In this document: in pieces, positions 1 to 11,370 of the stretch
Position numbering within the stretch: the stretch's first letter is position 1
How the letters are laid out: the number at the start of each line of letters is the position of its first letter
Assembly: GCF_003334255.1 (NCBI RefSeq)
Contig: NZ_QOWU01000020.1
Source of the DNA: Escherichia coli
GTDB lineage: Bacteria > Pseudomonadota > Gammaproteobacteria > Enterobacterales > Enterobacteriaceae
Direction: 5' to 3' (one strand)
DNA length: 64,000 bases
The notes under the pieces: model-generated
Databases searched by the model: none
What the model was told of the DNA's origin: nothing
What the model saw: only the letters and a program-made list of their open reading frames with translations
Made by a program: the position numbers and the translations under genes

Positions 1-76
1 ACGCGAGGCATCGTCTTAACGAGGCACCGAGGCGTCGCATTCTTCAGATGGTTCAACCCTTAAGTTAGCGCTTATG
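1..76. mobile_element. Terminal segment of an IS186-like (IS4 family) insertion sequence; the element continues to the left of the window
   Basis: Bases 54-76 (CAACCCTTAAGTTAGCGCTTATG) match my recollection of the 23-bp IS186 terminal inverted repeat (not database-checked). Bases 1-75 are unrelated to the expected alkB 3' end and yojI start. Flank at 77-89 (GGATGAAACCCC) resembles the G-run/N6/C-run IS186 hotspot. A + strand ORF runs in from the left edge and stops at 63-65. Confidence 0.55.
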
Positions 77-669
77 GGATGAAACCCCGCTTTCAACGGT
101 TGAATACCGTGATAAAACAGCCGCGATTCACCGCCCCATACCACCACATCGCCATGTTCCAACAACAAACGTTTGAGCGGATCATTTCGTTTCAGGCCGC
201 CAAATTGAAAAATCGCGGGTAAGCCCAGAGAAACAGAAACAATTGGCGCGCGCAGATCCGGTTCGTCTTTATCCTGATGCAGCGACAGTTTCGCGCCAGG
301 AGCGTAGCGGTTGATAAGACAAGCATCTGGCTGGAAATCTGGATAGCCCGCCGCCGTAGCCGCACGTTGACATAAATTATGAAAACTCTGTGGCATGGCG
401 GGCCACGGTTTATTTGTTTGCGGATCAATGGGCGAATAGAGATAACCTTGCCGATGGGTCGTCCAGCCCAGATGCCCACAGTTGGTCATCGCCACCGACA
501 TGGTATATCCCCCGGGGGTGACCATCTGGCGAAACGGCGACTGGCTGGCAACGTCATTAATATCGCGGATCAGTTGCTCCGCAGCGTTAAAAGCAAAACG
601 CCGTAAAATTACCGCACCAGCCGCCAGTGGCTCTTGCCACGGTTCAGCATCGGCAAACAGATCCAACAT
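16..669 (-). CDS. alkB: AlkB alkylated-DNA dioxygenase, variant allele: residues 1-198 are native, the last 19 aa are read from the foreign sequence at 16-75 (probably inactive)
   Basis: 217-aa ORF identical in register to K-12 AlkB through H197-P198 (N120, Y122, H131, D133, H187 present). After P198 the native tail LTIDCRYNLTFRQAGKKE is replaced by ISANLRVEPSEECDASVPR, so R204, N206 and R210 are missing. Confidence 0.85.
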   Translation of the reverse strand: MLDLFADAEPWQEPLAAGAVILRRFAFNAAEQLIRDINDVASQSPFRQMVTPGGYTMSVAMTNCGHLGWTTHRQGYLYSPIDPQTNKPWPAMPQSFHNLCQRAATAAGYPDFQPDACLINRYAPGAKLSLHQDKDEPDLRAPIVSVSLGLPAIFQFGGLKRNDPLKRLLLEHGDVVVWGGESRLFYHGIQPLKAGFHPISANLRVEPSEECDASVPR

Positions 670-1733
670 TACCTCTCCTCATTTTCAGCTTCGCGGCGCA
701 GCAGTTGCGCTTTACGCGACACGCCCCAGCGGTAACCGGAAAGTGTGCCATCACCACGGACCACCCGATGACAGGGTATTATGATAGCCAGCTTGTTGGC
801 GGCACAGGCGCTGGCAACGGCCCGTACCGCTTTCGGTTTGCCGATGGCGTTAGCCAGTTGCTGATAACTGACGGTTTCACCGCAAGGTATCGTGCGCAGT
901 GCCTGCCAGACTTGTTGCTGAAAAGCAGTGCCGCGAATGTCCAGCGGTAACGTCAGCGGCGTATCGCGTTGATTGAGGCTGGCGATCACTTCACGCACAT
1001 GTTGCTGAAACATCAGATCGGCAGGCGCGTTGTCGGCAGCGGGAAACATCTGCTGCAACTCGCTGATTAGTGTCGCGTCATCATCGCCCAGCAATATCGC
1101 GCAAATCCCCCGCTCGCTTTCTGCCACCAGGCAACGACCCAGCTCACAATCAGCCAGCGCGTAACGCACCGCCAGATTTTCGCCACCGTGACGGAATTGT
1201 TTAGCCGTCATGCCCAGCGTTTCGTCAGCTTTGCGATAGTAACTGCTGCTGTCGGGGAATCCGGCGTTAAGAATAGACGTCGTCACGCTCTCCCCTTTCG
1301 CCAGCGATTCGCGCAAACGGCGAGCGCGCCAGGCCTGTTGCCAGGCTTTAGGCGTCATTCCGGTAGTCGCTTTAAACAACCGATGTAGATGAAATGGACT
1401 CATCGCCACCTGGTCGGCTAAGGCTTCCAGCGTTACAGGCGTTTCCTGTTCCAGCAGTCGACACGCGTGGGTGATTTTATCCAACCGATGTTGCTGGGCA
1501 TTGGCTTTTTCTGGCTGACAACGTTTGCAGGGGCGAAAGCCAGCGGCGAGTGCCTCGCTGGCATTTGCGTAGAAGGAGACGTTTTCCCGCAAAGCATGTC
1601 TGGCGCGGCAAGACGGACGGCAAAAGATGCCTGTGGTACGCACGGCGAAAACGAATTCGCCGTCGGCATTCGGGTCGCGGGCTAAGACAGATTGCCAGCG
1701 TTGATCGTCAGTTAAGCATGTGGCTTTTTTCAT
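669..1733 (-). CDS. ada: Ada, O6-methylguanine-DNA methyltransferase and transcriptional regulator of the adaptive response
   Basis: 354-aa ORF matching Ada; its stop overlaps the alkB start (TAATG), the known ada-alkB operon arrangement. Confidence 0.95.
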   Translation of the reverse strand: MKKATCLTDDQRWQSVLARDPNADGEFVFAVRTTGIFCRPSCRARHALRENVSFYANASEALAAGFRPCKRCQPEKANAQQHRLDKITHACRLLEQETPVTLEALADQVAMSPFHLHRLFKATTGMTPKAWQQAWRARRLRESLAKGESVTTSILNAGFPDSSSYYRKADETLGMTAKQFRHGGENLAVRYALADCELGRCLVAESERGICAILLGDDDATLISELQQMFPAADNAPADLMFQQHVREVIASLNQRDTPLTLPLDIRGTAFQQQVWQALRTIPCGETVSYQQLANAIGKPKAVRAVASACAANKLAIIIPCHRVVRGDGTLSGYRWGVSRKAQLLRREAENEER

Positions 1734-1806
1734 AATCAGCTCCCTGGTTAAGGATAGCCTTTAGGCTGCCCGGTCACCATCACGCAAAAACCAACAATCT
1801 TGCGCT

Positions 1807-2862
1807 TTAATTTTTTTCGCTGACAAGGAAGCTTTTAAACTGTGGTGACATCCAGGTTTTAAAGCTATCGCCTTCTTTGGTGATCATATAAACCGCCAGC
1901 CCTTCCCGGCGAACAACCTCTTTAGCTTTCTCCGGCCCGAGTACCATCAAGCCAGTATCCCAGGCATCGGCTTCCAGCGCCGTCGGAGCAATCACCGTCA
2001 CGGATACCAGATTGTGTTCGATGGGACGCCCGGTTTGCGGATCGATAACATGGGAAAGACGTTTGCCGTCCAGTTCGTAATAGTTACGGTAGCTGCCAGA
2101 GGTGCTAATCCCATGACCGTTGATATCCACCACAGCCTGAACCGCGTTTTCTTTATCGGTTGGTTTTTGAATCGCTACCCGCCACGGCAGGCCTTCACCG
2201 TTCATACCACGGCTGTTCAGCGCGCCGCCCACCGACACCAGATAGCGGGAAATCCCTTCCTGCTCCATCAAGCGTGCCAAATGATCGGCCGCATAGCCTT
2301 CGCCGACGGTGGAGAGATCGACATATAAATCCGGCAGGTCTTTTTGCAGATATTGCTGATGCGACTGATTGATGACCGTCAGGTGCTGTAAGCCGGTTTT
2401 GGCTTTCATCGCATCGATCTGTTCCTGGCTCGGAATTTGAACCGGCTGTTGTTCCGGGCCAAAGCCCCACAGATTCACCAGCGGCCCGACGGTTATATCC
2501 ATCGCGCCATCGGTCTTCGCGCCAATGCGCAGCGAGGTGGTGACGATATCGGCCATCGCTTCACTTACCGGCCACGGCGATAAACTTTGCGAGTCGTTAA
2601 AGCGCATCAGCGCGGAATCTTTTTTATAGGTCGAAAGCAGCTGATCGTCGGCGTCCAGTTGGGTCTGAATCTTTTCTTTAAGTTCGGCGCTGCGTTTGGC
2701 GTCAATGCCCGGGATGCTGGCACGCCAGAAGGTACCCATAGTTTTGCCTTCAAGAACGGTAACTTCAGTAGCGTGGGTTTTGGCGGGTTGTGGTTTTTGA
2801 TCGCAACCAACAAAGAAGAGCGCGGCAGCCAGCAGTGCCACGCGGGTAAAGCTTATTTCCAT
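1807..2862 (-). CDS. apbE: FAD:protein FMN transferase (ApbE)
   Basis: 351-aa ORF with lipoprotein-type signal peptide (LFFVGC); matches ApbE. Confidence 0.93.
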   Translation of the reverse strand: MEISFTRVALLAAALFFVGCDQKPQPAKTHATEVTVLEGKTMGTFWRASIPGIDAKRSAELKEKIQTQLDADDQLLSTYKKDSALMRFNDSQSLSPWPVSEAMADIVTTSLRIGAKTDGAMDITVGPLVNLWGFGPEQQPVQIPSQEQIDAMKAKTGLQHLTVINQSHQQYLQKDLPDLYVDLSTVGEGYAADHLARLMEQEGISRYLVSVGGALNSRGMNGEGLPWRVAIQKPTDKENAVQAVVDINGHGISTSGSYRNYYELDGKRLSHVIDPQTGRPIEHNLVSVTVIAPTALEADAWDTGLMVLGPEKAKEVVRREGLAVYMITKEGDSFKTWMSPQFKSFLVSEKN

Positions 2863-2930
2863 ACGTGATTATCCTCATGCGAACGGTCGCAAGAGTACAC
2901 CAAAAAACTGAGTTTGTACGCTGAAAACAA

Positions 2931-2958
2931 TGAAAAAAGGGCCCGCAGGCCCTTTGTT
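2931..2958 (-). terminator. Rho-independent terminator downstream of ompC
   Basis: GC hairpin GGGCC-CGCA-GGCCC at 2939-2952, followed on the minus strand by a U-tract (A-run 2932-2938 on + strand). Confidence 0.7.
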
Positions 2959-2973
2959 CGATATCAATCGAGA

Positions 2974-4411
<1,438 letters not shown>

Positions 4412-4504
4412 GCTATCATCATTAACTTTATTTATTACCGTCATTCATTTCTGAATGTCTGTTTACCCCTATTTCAACCGGATGCCTCGCATTCGGTTTT
4501 TTTT
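4412..4504 (+). ncRNA. micF: MicF antisense sRNA (represses ompF translation)
   Basis: GCTATCATCATTAACTTTATTTATTACCGTCATTCATTTCTGAATGTCTGTTTACCCCTATTTCAACCGGATGCCTCGCATTCGG plus a T-run; matches micF including its intrinsic terminator. Confidence 0.9.
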
Positions 4505-4815
4505 ACCCTTCTTTACACACTTTTCATTATTCTGTGCTACCACAGAAAAACTATAACGCTTGTTAACTATTTCACAAATAATTAACATCCGCATAATTTC
4601 CAGCAATCTTTGTTTATTTGCAATTATTTTTGTTGGGCTTTTTGTAGGTTATTTGTACAGCAAAATGGCGCTTGTACATCTATTTCCCCCAATGCAGGAT
4701 GATAAATATCACGGGAGAATAGAGAATCATCAATCAGGTAAGAGTCTGGAATTTCACACTGTACCCTTTATACTGCCCTATCACTTCGCGAAGTTTTAAC
4801 AGGTCATAAACACGA

Positions 4816-7488
4816 ATGCGTCAGAAAGAGACAACGGCCACGACCCGCTTTTCACTCCTACCGGGGAGCATTACCCGCTTCTTTTTACTGTTGATCATTG
4901 TGTTACTGGTGACGATGGGTGTAATGGTACAAAGCGCCGTTAACGCCTGGCTGAAAGATAAAAGTTACCAGATTGTCGACATTACCCATGCTATCCAAAA
5001 GCGCGTCGATAACTGGCGTTACGTGACCTGGCAGATCTACGACAACATTGCCGCGACGACCTCCCCCTCCTCCGGCGAAGGTTTACAAGAGACGCGCCTG
5101 AAACAGGATGTCTACTATCTGGAGAAACCACGCCGCAAAACGGAAGCGTTAATCTTTGGCTCTCACGACAACTCAACGCTTGAGATGACTCAGCGGATGT
5201 CCACTTATCTGGATACATTGTGGGGCGCAGAAAATGTACCGTGGTCGATGTATTACCTGAATGGTCAGGATAACAGTCTGGTGCTGATCTCAACCCTACC
5301 CCTTAAAGATCTCACCTCCGGATTTAAAGAATCGACCGTCAGCGACATTGTTGATTCACGTCGTGCAGAGATGTTGCAACAGGCCAACGCCCTCGATGAA
5401 CGCGAAAGCTTTTCTAACATGCGCCGCCTGGCCTGGCAGAACGGTCATTACTTTACATTGCGTACTACCTTTAACCAGCCAGGACATCTGGCAACGGTCG
5501 TGGCTTTTGATCTGCCGATTAATGATTTGATCCCACCGGGTATGCCGCTGGACAGTTTCCGCCTTGAGCCAGACGCGACGGCAACGGGAAACAATGATAA
5601 TGAGAAAGAAGGGACGGATAGCGTCAGTATCCACTTTAACAGTACGAAGATTGAAATCTCCTCGGCACTCAACTCTACCGATATGCGCCTGGTCTGGCAG
5701 GTTCCTTATGGCACCTTATTGCTGGATACGTTGCAAAACATTCTGCTGCCACTGCTGCTGAACATCGGTTTGCTGGCGCTGGCGTTATTTGGCTATACCA
5801 CATTCCGCCATTTCTCCAGCCGCAGTACAGAAAACGTCCCCAGCACGGCGGTCAATAACGAATTGCGCATTTTACGGGCAATCAATGAAGAGATAGTCTC
5901 ACTGCTGCCGCTCGGCCTGCTGGTTCACGATCAGGAATCGAACCGCACTGTCATAAGTAACAAAATTGCCGATCATTTGCTGCCGCATTTGAATCTGCAA
6001 AACATCACCACCATGGCGGAACAGCATCAGGGGATTATTCAGGCGACGATCAATAACGAGCTGTATGAGATCCGCATGTTCCGCAGCCAGGTCGCGCCGC
6101 GCACACAAATTTTCATTATTCGCGATCAGGATCGCGAAGTGCTGGTAAACAAGAAACTCAAGCAGGCGCAGCGTCTGTATGAGAAAAACCAGCAGGGGCG
6201 GATGATCTTTATGAAAAACATTGGCGATGCGCTGAAAGAACCCGCACAGTCCCTGGCGGAGAGCGCGGCTAAACTCAACGCCCCGGAAAGCAAACAACTG
6301 GCGAATCAGGCAGATGTGCTGGTGCGGCTGGTTGATGAAATACAGTTAGCGAACATGCTTGCGGATGATAGCTGGAAAAGTGAGACGGTGCTGTTCTCCG
6401 TGCAGGATTTAATTGATGAAGTTGTGCCTTCAGTGTTGCCTGCCATCAAGCGTAAAGGTCTGCAACTGCTGATTAACAATCATCTGAAAGCACACGATAT
6501 GCGCCGCGGCGATCGCGATGCCTTACGACGTATTTTGCTGCTACTGATGCAATATGCCGTGACCTCAACGCAATTGGGAAAAATCACCCTTGAGGTTGAT
6601 CAGGATGAGTCCTCCGAAGACCGCCTGACGTTCCGCATTCTGGACACGGGAGAAGGCGTAAGTATTCATGAAATGGATAATTTGCACTTCCCGTTTATCA
6701 ACCAGACCCAAAACGATCGCTATGGCAAGGCGGACCCGCTGGCATTCTGGCTGAGCGATCAACTGGCACGTAAACTGGGCGGTCATTTAAACATCAAAAC
6801 GCGGGATGGGCTTGGTACACGCTACTCTGTGCATATCAAAATGCTCGCAGCTGACCCGGAAGTTGAAGAGGAAGAAGAGCGTTTACTGGATGATGTCTGC
6901 GTAATGGTGGATGTTACTTCGGCAGAAATTCGGAATATTGTCACTCGCCAGTTAGAAAATTGGGGTGCAACCTGTATCACACCCGATGAAAGATTAATTA
7001 GTCAAGATTATGATATCTTTTTAACGGATAATCCGTCTAATCTTACTGCCTCTGGCTTGCTTTTAAGCGATGATGAGTCTGGCGTACGGGAAATTGGGCC
7101 TGGTCAATTGTGCGTCAACTTCAATATGAGCAACGCTATGCAGGAAGCGGTCTTACAATTAATTGAAGTGCAACTGGCGCAGGAAGAGGTGACAGAATCG
7201 CCTCTGGGCGGAGATGAAAATGCGCAACTCCATGCCAGCGGCTATTATGCGCTCTTTGTAGACACAGTACCGGATGATGTTAAGAGGCTGTATACTGAAG
7301 CAGCAACCAGTGACTTTGCTGCGTTAGCCCAAACGGCTCATCGTCTTAAAGGCGTATTTGCCATGCTAAATCTGGTACCCGGCAAGCAGTTATGTGAAAC
7401 GCTGGAACATCTGATTCGTGAGAAGGATGTTCCAGGAATAGAAAAATACATCAGCGACATTGACAGTTATGTCAAGAGCTTGCTGTAG
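4816..7488 (+). CDS. rcsD: RcsD phosphotransfer protein of the Rcs phosphorelay
   Basis: 890-aa ORF with N-terminal TM segments and C-terminal HPt region; matches RcsD (YojN). Confidence 0.95.
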   Translation: MRQKETTATTRFSLLPGSITRFFLLLIIVLLVTMGVMVQSAVNAWLKDKSYQIVDITHAIQKRVDNWRYVTWQIYDNIAATTSPSSGEGLQETRLKQDVYYLEKPRRKTEALIFGSHDNSTLEMTQRMSTYLDTLWGAENVPWSMYYLNGQDNSLVLISTLPLKDLTSGFKESTVSDIVDSRRAEMLQQANALDERESFSNMRRLAWQNGHYFTLRTTFNQPGHLATVVAFDLPINDLIPPGMPLDSFRLEPDATATGNNDNEKEGTDSVSIHFNSTKIEISSALNSTDMRLVWQVPYGTLLLDTLQNILLPLLLNIGLLALALFGYTTFRHFSSRSTENVPSTAVNNELRILRAINEEIVSLLPLGLLVHDQESNRTVISNKIADHLLPHLNLQNITTMAEQHQGIIQATINNELYEIRMFRSQVAPRTQIFIIRDQDREVLVNKKLKQAQRLYEKNQQGRMIFMKNIGDALKEPAQSLAESAAKLNAPESKQLANQADVLVRLVDEIQLANMLADDSWKSETVLFSVQDLIDEVVPSVLPAIKRKGLQLLINNHLKAHDMRRGDRDALRRILLLLMQYAVTSTQLGKITLEVDQDESSEDRLTFRILDTGEGVSIHEMDNLHFPFINQTQNDRYGKADPLAFWLSDQLARKLGGHLNIKTRDGLGTRYSVHIKMLAADPEVEEEEERLLDDVCVMVDVTSAEIRNIVTRQLENWGATCITPDERLISQDYDIFLTDNPSNLTASGLLLSDDESGVREIGPGQLCVNFNMSNAMQEAVLQLIEVQLAQEEVTESPLGGDENAQLHASGYYALFVDTVPDDVKRLYTEAATSDFAALAQTAHRLKGVFAMLNLVPGKQLCETLEHLIREKDVPGIEKYISDIDSYVKSLL

Positions 7489-7504
7489 CAAGGTAGCCTA
7501 TTAC

Positions 7505-8155
7505 ATGAACAATATGAACGTAATTATTGCCGATGACCATCCGATAGTCTTGTTCGGTATTCGCAAATCACTTGAGCAAATTGAGTGGGTGAATGTTGTC
7601 GGCGAATTTGAAGACTCTACAGCACTGATCAACAACCTGCCGAAACTGGATGCGCATGTGTTGATTACCGATCTCTCCATGCCTGGCGATAAGTACGGCG
7701 ATGGCATTACCTTAATCAAGTACATCAAGCGCCATTTCCCAAGCCTGTCGATCATTGTTCTGACTATGAACAACAACCCGGCGATTCTTAGTGCGGTATT
7801 GGATCTGGATATCGAAGGGATCGTGCTGAAACAAGGTGCACCGACCGATCTGCCGAAAGCTCTCGCCGCGCTGCAGAAAGGGAAGAAATTTACCCCGGAA
7901 AGCGTTTCTCGCCTGTTGGAAAAAATCAGTGCTGGTGGTTACGGTGACAAGCGTCTCTCGCCAAAAGAGAGTGAAGTTCTGCGCCTGTTTGCGGAAGGCT
8001 TCCTGGTGACCGAGATCGCTAAAAAGCTGAACCGCAGTATTAAAACCATCAGTAGCCAGAAGAAATCTGCGATGATGAAGCTGGGTGTCGAGAACGATAT
8101 CGCCCTGCTGAATTATCTCTCTTCCGTGACCTTAAGTCCGGCAGATAAAGACTAA
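7505..8155 (+). CDS. rcsB: RcsB response regulator (LuxR/FixJ family)
   Basis: 216-aa protein starting MNNMNVIIADDHPIV with the conserved aspartate (LITDLSMPG); the ORF-track start at 7460 is an upstream in-frame extension. Confidence 0.95.
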   Translation: MNNMNVIIADDHPIVLFGIRKSLEQIEWVNVVGEFEDSTALINNLPKLDAHVLITDLSMPGDKYGDGITLIKYIKRHFPSLSIIVLTMNNNPAILSAVLDLDIEGIVLKQGAPTDLPKALAALQKGKKFTPESVSRLLEKISAGGYGDKRLSPKESEVLRLFAEGFLVTEIAKKLNRSIKTISSQKKSAMMKLGVENDIALLNYLSSVTLSPADKD

Positions 8156-8158
8156 TCA

Positions 8159-8354
<196 letters not shown>

Positions 8355-8359
<5 letters not shown>

Positions 8360-11204
8360 AATCCCGCGATTTCCTGACCCTCTCGGCATATAACGTCAGC
8401 GTCTGTTTTATCACATCCAGCGTTACCGGCTTCGACAGGCAGCTGTCCATACCGGACTCCAGACACCGCTGCTTCTCTTCAGCCAACGCATTAGCAGTTA
8501 CTCCGATTACCGGCAACGTCAGTCCCAACTGACGAATGCGTTGCGTCAAGCGGTAACCATCCATATTTGGCATGTTGACGTCGCTAAGCACGATATCAAT
8601 ATGATTCTTGCTAAGTACATTAAGCGCATCGACGCCATCATTCGCGGTTTTACATTGATAGCCCAACGATCCCAACTGATCTGCCAGCAAACGCCGGTTA
8701 ATCGGATGATCATCCACGACCAGAATCATCATATCGTCATTATCGCTGACCGCTTTGTCCGTTGACGGCAGAGCGTTAGCAGGATCGTCGCTCTCCATCT
8801 CGATCAAATAAATACGCGCCAACAATGCCGGTAGCTCATGCGGAGCAGCCACACTGTGTACCCACTCCCCTGGCGCTTTCTCCAGCGGAATACCAATATG
8901 GCGACGACAGAAGGTCACTACCGCTCTGCCCTGCCATTTTTTACTCACTACCTCGTCAGTGATCAACACATCTTCGGGAGTCGGTTCCTGCCCTTCGTAT
9001 GTTGTAACGACGATGCCGCTGCGCTGCAAACTGGTTTCCAGGAACTGACAGAGCGACGCATTGCGGACCGCCAGCCAGCAGCGTTTACCACTCAACCCTT
9101 CCACGCCTTTTTTCTGCGGGTACTGAGCGCCGTACAACGGAATACGCACGGTAAACTGGCTGCCCATTCCCGGTTCTGAATCTACCGAGATATCGCCGTC
9201 CATCATGCTGATCAGTTTTTCACAAATCGCCAGACCCAGACCGGTCCCCTGGAAATTACGCTGTACGCCCGTTCCGACCTGGAAGAAGGGATCAAACAAG
9301 CGCACCACTTCTTTCGCCGGTATCCCCACGCCGGTATCGCGAACACGGATAGAGAGATAATCGCCATCCGCGCGAACATGCAAAACTATACAGCCGGTAT
9401 CGGTGAATTTTATGGCGTTACTCAACAGGTTGGAGATGACCTGCTGTAAACGCATCGGGTCGCCATTTAAGGCCACTGGCACATCCGGTTCAATAAAGCA
9501 GTACAAGCCTAACTGCTTGCGTACCACCAGCGGTAAATAGTTGGCGGTGATGTGGTTCATCACTTCACGCGGTGAAAACTCACGCGGTTCGATCTTCAAC
9601 TGTTCCGATTCAATCTTCGAGAAATCGAGAATATCGCTGATAATTTTCAACAACAGGCTGGAAGAGTTGTTCATTGCCGTCACCAGCCGATCGACGCCTT
9701 TCGGTAACTCTTTGGTTTGCAACAGATCCAGGTTACCGATAATGCCATACAGCGGCGTTCGCAGCTCATGACTGACGGTGGCAAGGAACATCGATTTTGA
9801 CTGGCTCGCCTGTTCCGCTGCTTGTGCCATCTCCTGCAACGACTCTTCCATCTTCACGCGCGAAGAAACATCCACCAGCACACAAATGGCCACGTTTTCA
9901 TTACGATAGCGCGAATGGACGAAGCTGATTTGCAGATTGGTATTGTTGCTGGTCAGGACATCAACAAAATTGACCTGCTGCCCACAGATAATTTGCGTCA
10001 GTCGTTGGCGGTCCTCATGCGTAAGCATATTGAGATAGGTATGCGCCAGTTCGTTACTTAAAATATTGACGCCATCAGCGGTACGCAAAATGCAGATACC
10101 CACTGGCGCGGAGGCGACAATCTTGCGATTGAACTGCTCATGTTCTTCCAGTCGCAGGGCGTCGCTTTCCGCCGGAATGAAAATACGTCGCTCGTACATC
10201 CGTGCGAGAGTAAACAATGCAGCTCCGGCAAGCACATTCAGCAAAATTGCGTTAAGGATCAACATGCGAATGCGTTCCAGCACCTTATCAACCGGCACCG
10301 AATACACGATGCTTAGCGATGAGGGTGGCAGATTTTTCTTCAGCACCAGCTCCCGGAACCCTTCCGTATAGCCAAACCAGGAGCGTTCCTGCATCCAGCG
10401 AGGATCGCCCTTAATTTTACTTTCTGGTCCGGTAAGCGAAATCAGGGTATGACCATTTTCATCAAGAATGGTAACCCCCATCGGCAACGTACCCGGTAAG
10501 AAAAAGTTCTCCATCCGGATGGTCTGCTCGACACCCAAAAGCGCCTGCAACCGGTTCGCCAGATAAACTGGCGTCAACGCGTAAAAATACCCGACGCCAG
10601 GGCGCGGACCTTCGCTGATCCAGTAGAGGTTACTGCCGCTATCATCTTGTGGTGCATTTCGATATTTATTGATGCGTTCATGCAAAGCTTTCAACGCGGT
10701 ATCGCGTTCCACTGGCATATCACGCAGACCGAAATTGGCCATGCAGAGGTTATCGCTGCCGATTAAAAATACCCGGTTTAGATCGTAAGCCGCAGAAAAA
10801 TTATCGCGCCAGTAGCGCATAAACCACGCCAATGACTCCAGAGAACCTCGCCAGGTGTTACTCATTGCGGAACAATCGGAGTCGGCAAACAGCGGTTCAA
10901 ACGCAGGCACATCCGCCTGCGTTTCTCGTCCACGCGGGGAAAGCACACCGTTTTCTGCCGATAAGCGATTTTCGGCGATGTACTTCAGCTCTTTCATCAC
11001 ATCAGAGGTGCGTTGAATAAAGCGCTGAGCCTGATCGGAACTCAGATTAAATTCCTGACGAATTTCCGATTCTCGCTGATGTAACGCATTAACGATGTAA
11101 AAAACGGATGAAAAAGCAATCAACAGCCAGAGCACTAACGCCAATGCTCTGAACATGTAGCGCGAGGCTTTCAGGGTTGTACGAAAAGAAGCAAGGTATT
11201 TCAA
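8355..11204 (-). CDS. rcsC: RcsC hybrid sensor histidine kinase
   Basis: 949-aa ORF with HisKA/HATPase region and C-terminal receiver domain; matches RcsC. Confidence 0.95.
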
Positions 11205-11370
11205 AGGGGCGAAGCTCCGCCTCAGGTGACCGATGGAGTGTGGTTAAGGTAGCGGTAAAAGCGTGTTACCGCAATGTTCTCTCTTCTCTGGAATATGATA
11301 CACCGCCGAGAAATCATCACCTTAACCTCTGATAATCGTCATATACCGGACAAGACTAGTGGATTTCAGC

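Noticed and set aside
4560-4799. 79-aa + strand ORF between micF and rcsD (possibly related to the small protein yojO)
   Set aside because: Low-complexity hydrophobic N-terminus and no convincing start signal; a shorter internal ORF might be real, but I cannot support it from sequence alone.
7460-7504. Upstream extension of rcsB overlapping the rcsD 3' end
   Set aside because: The recognised RcsB N-terminus begins at the ATG at 7505; the extension is an in-frame ORF-finder artefact.
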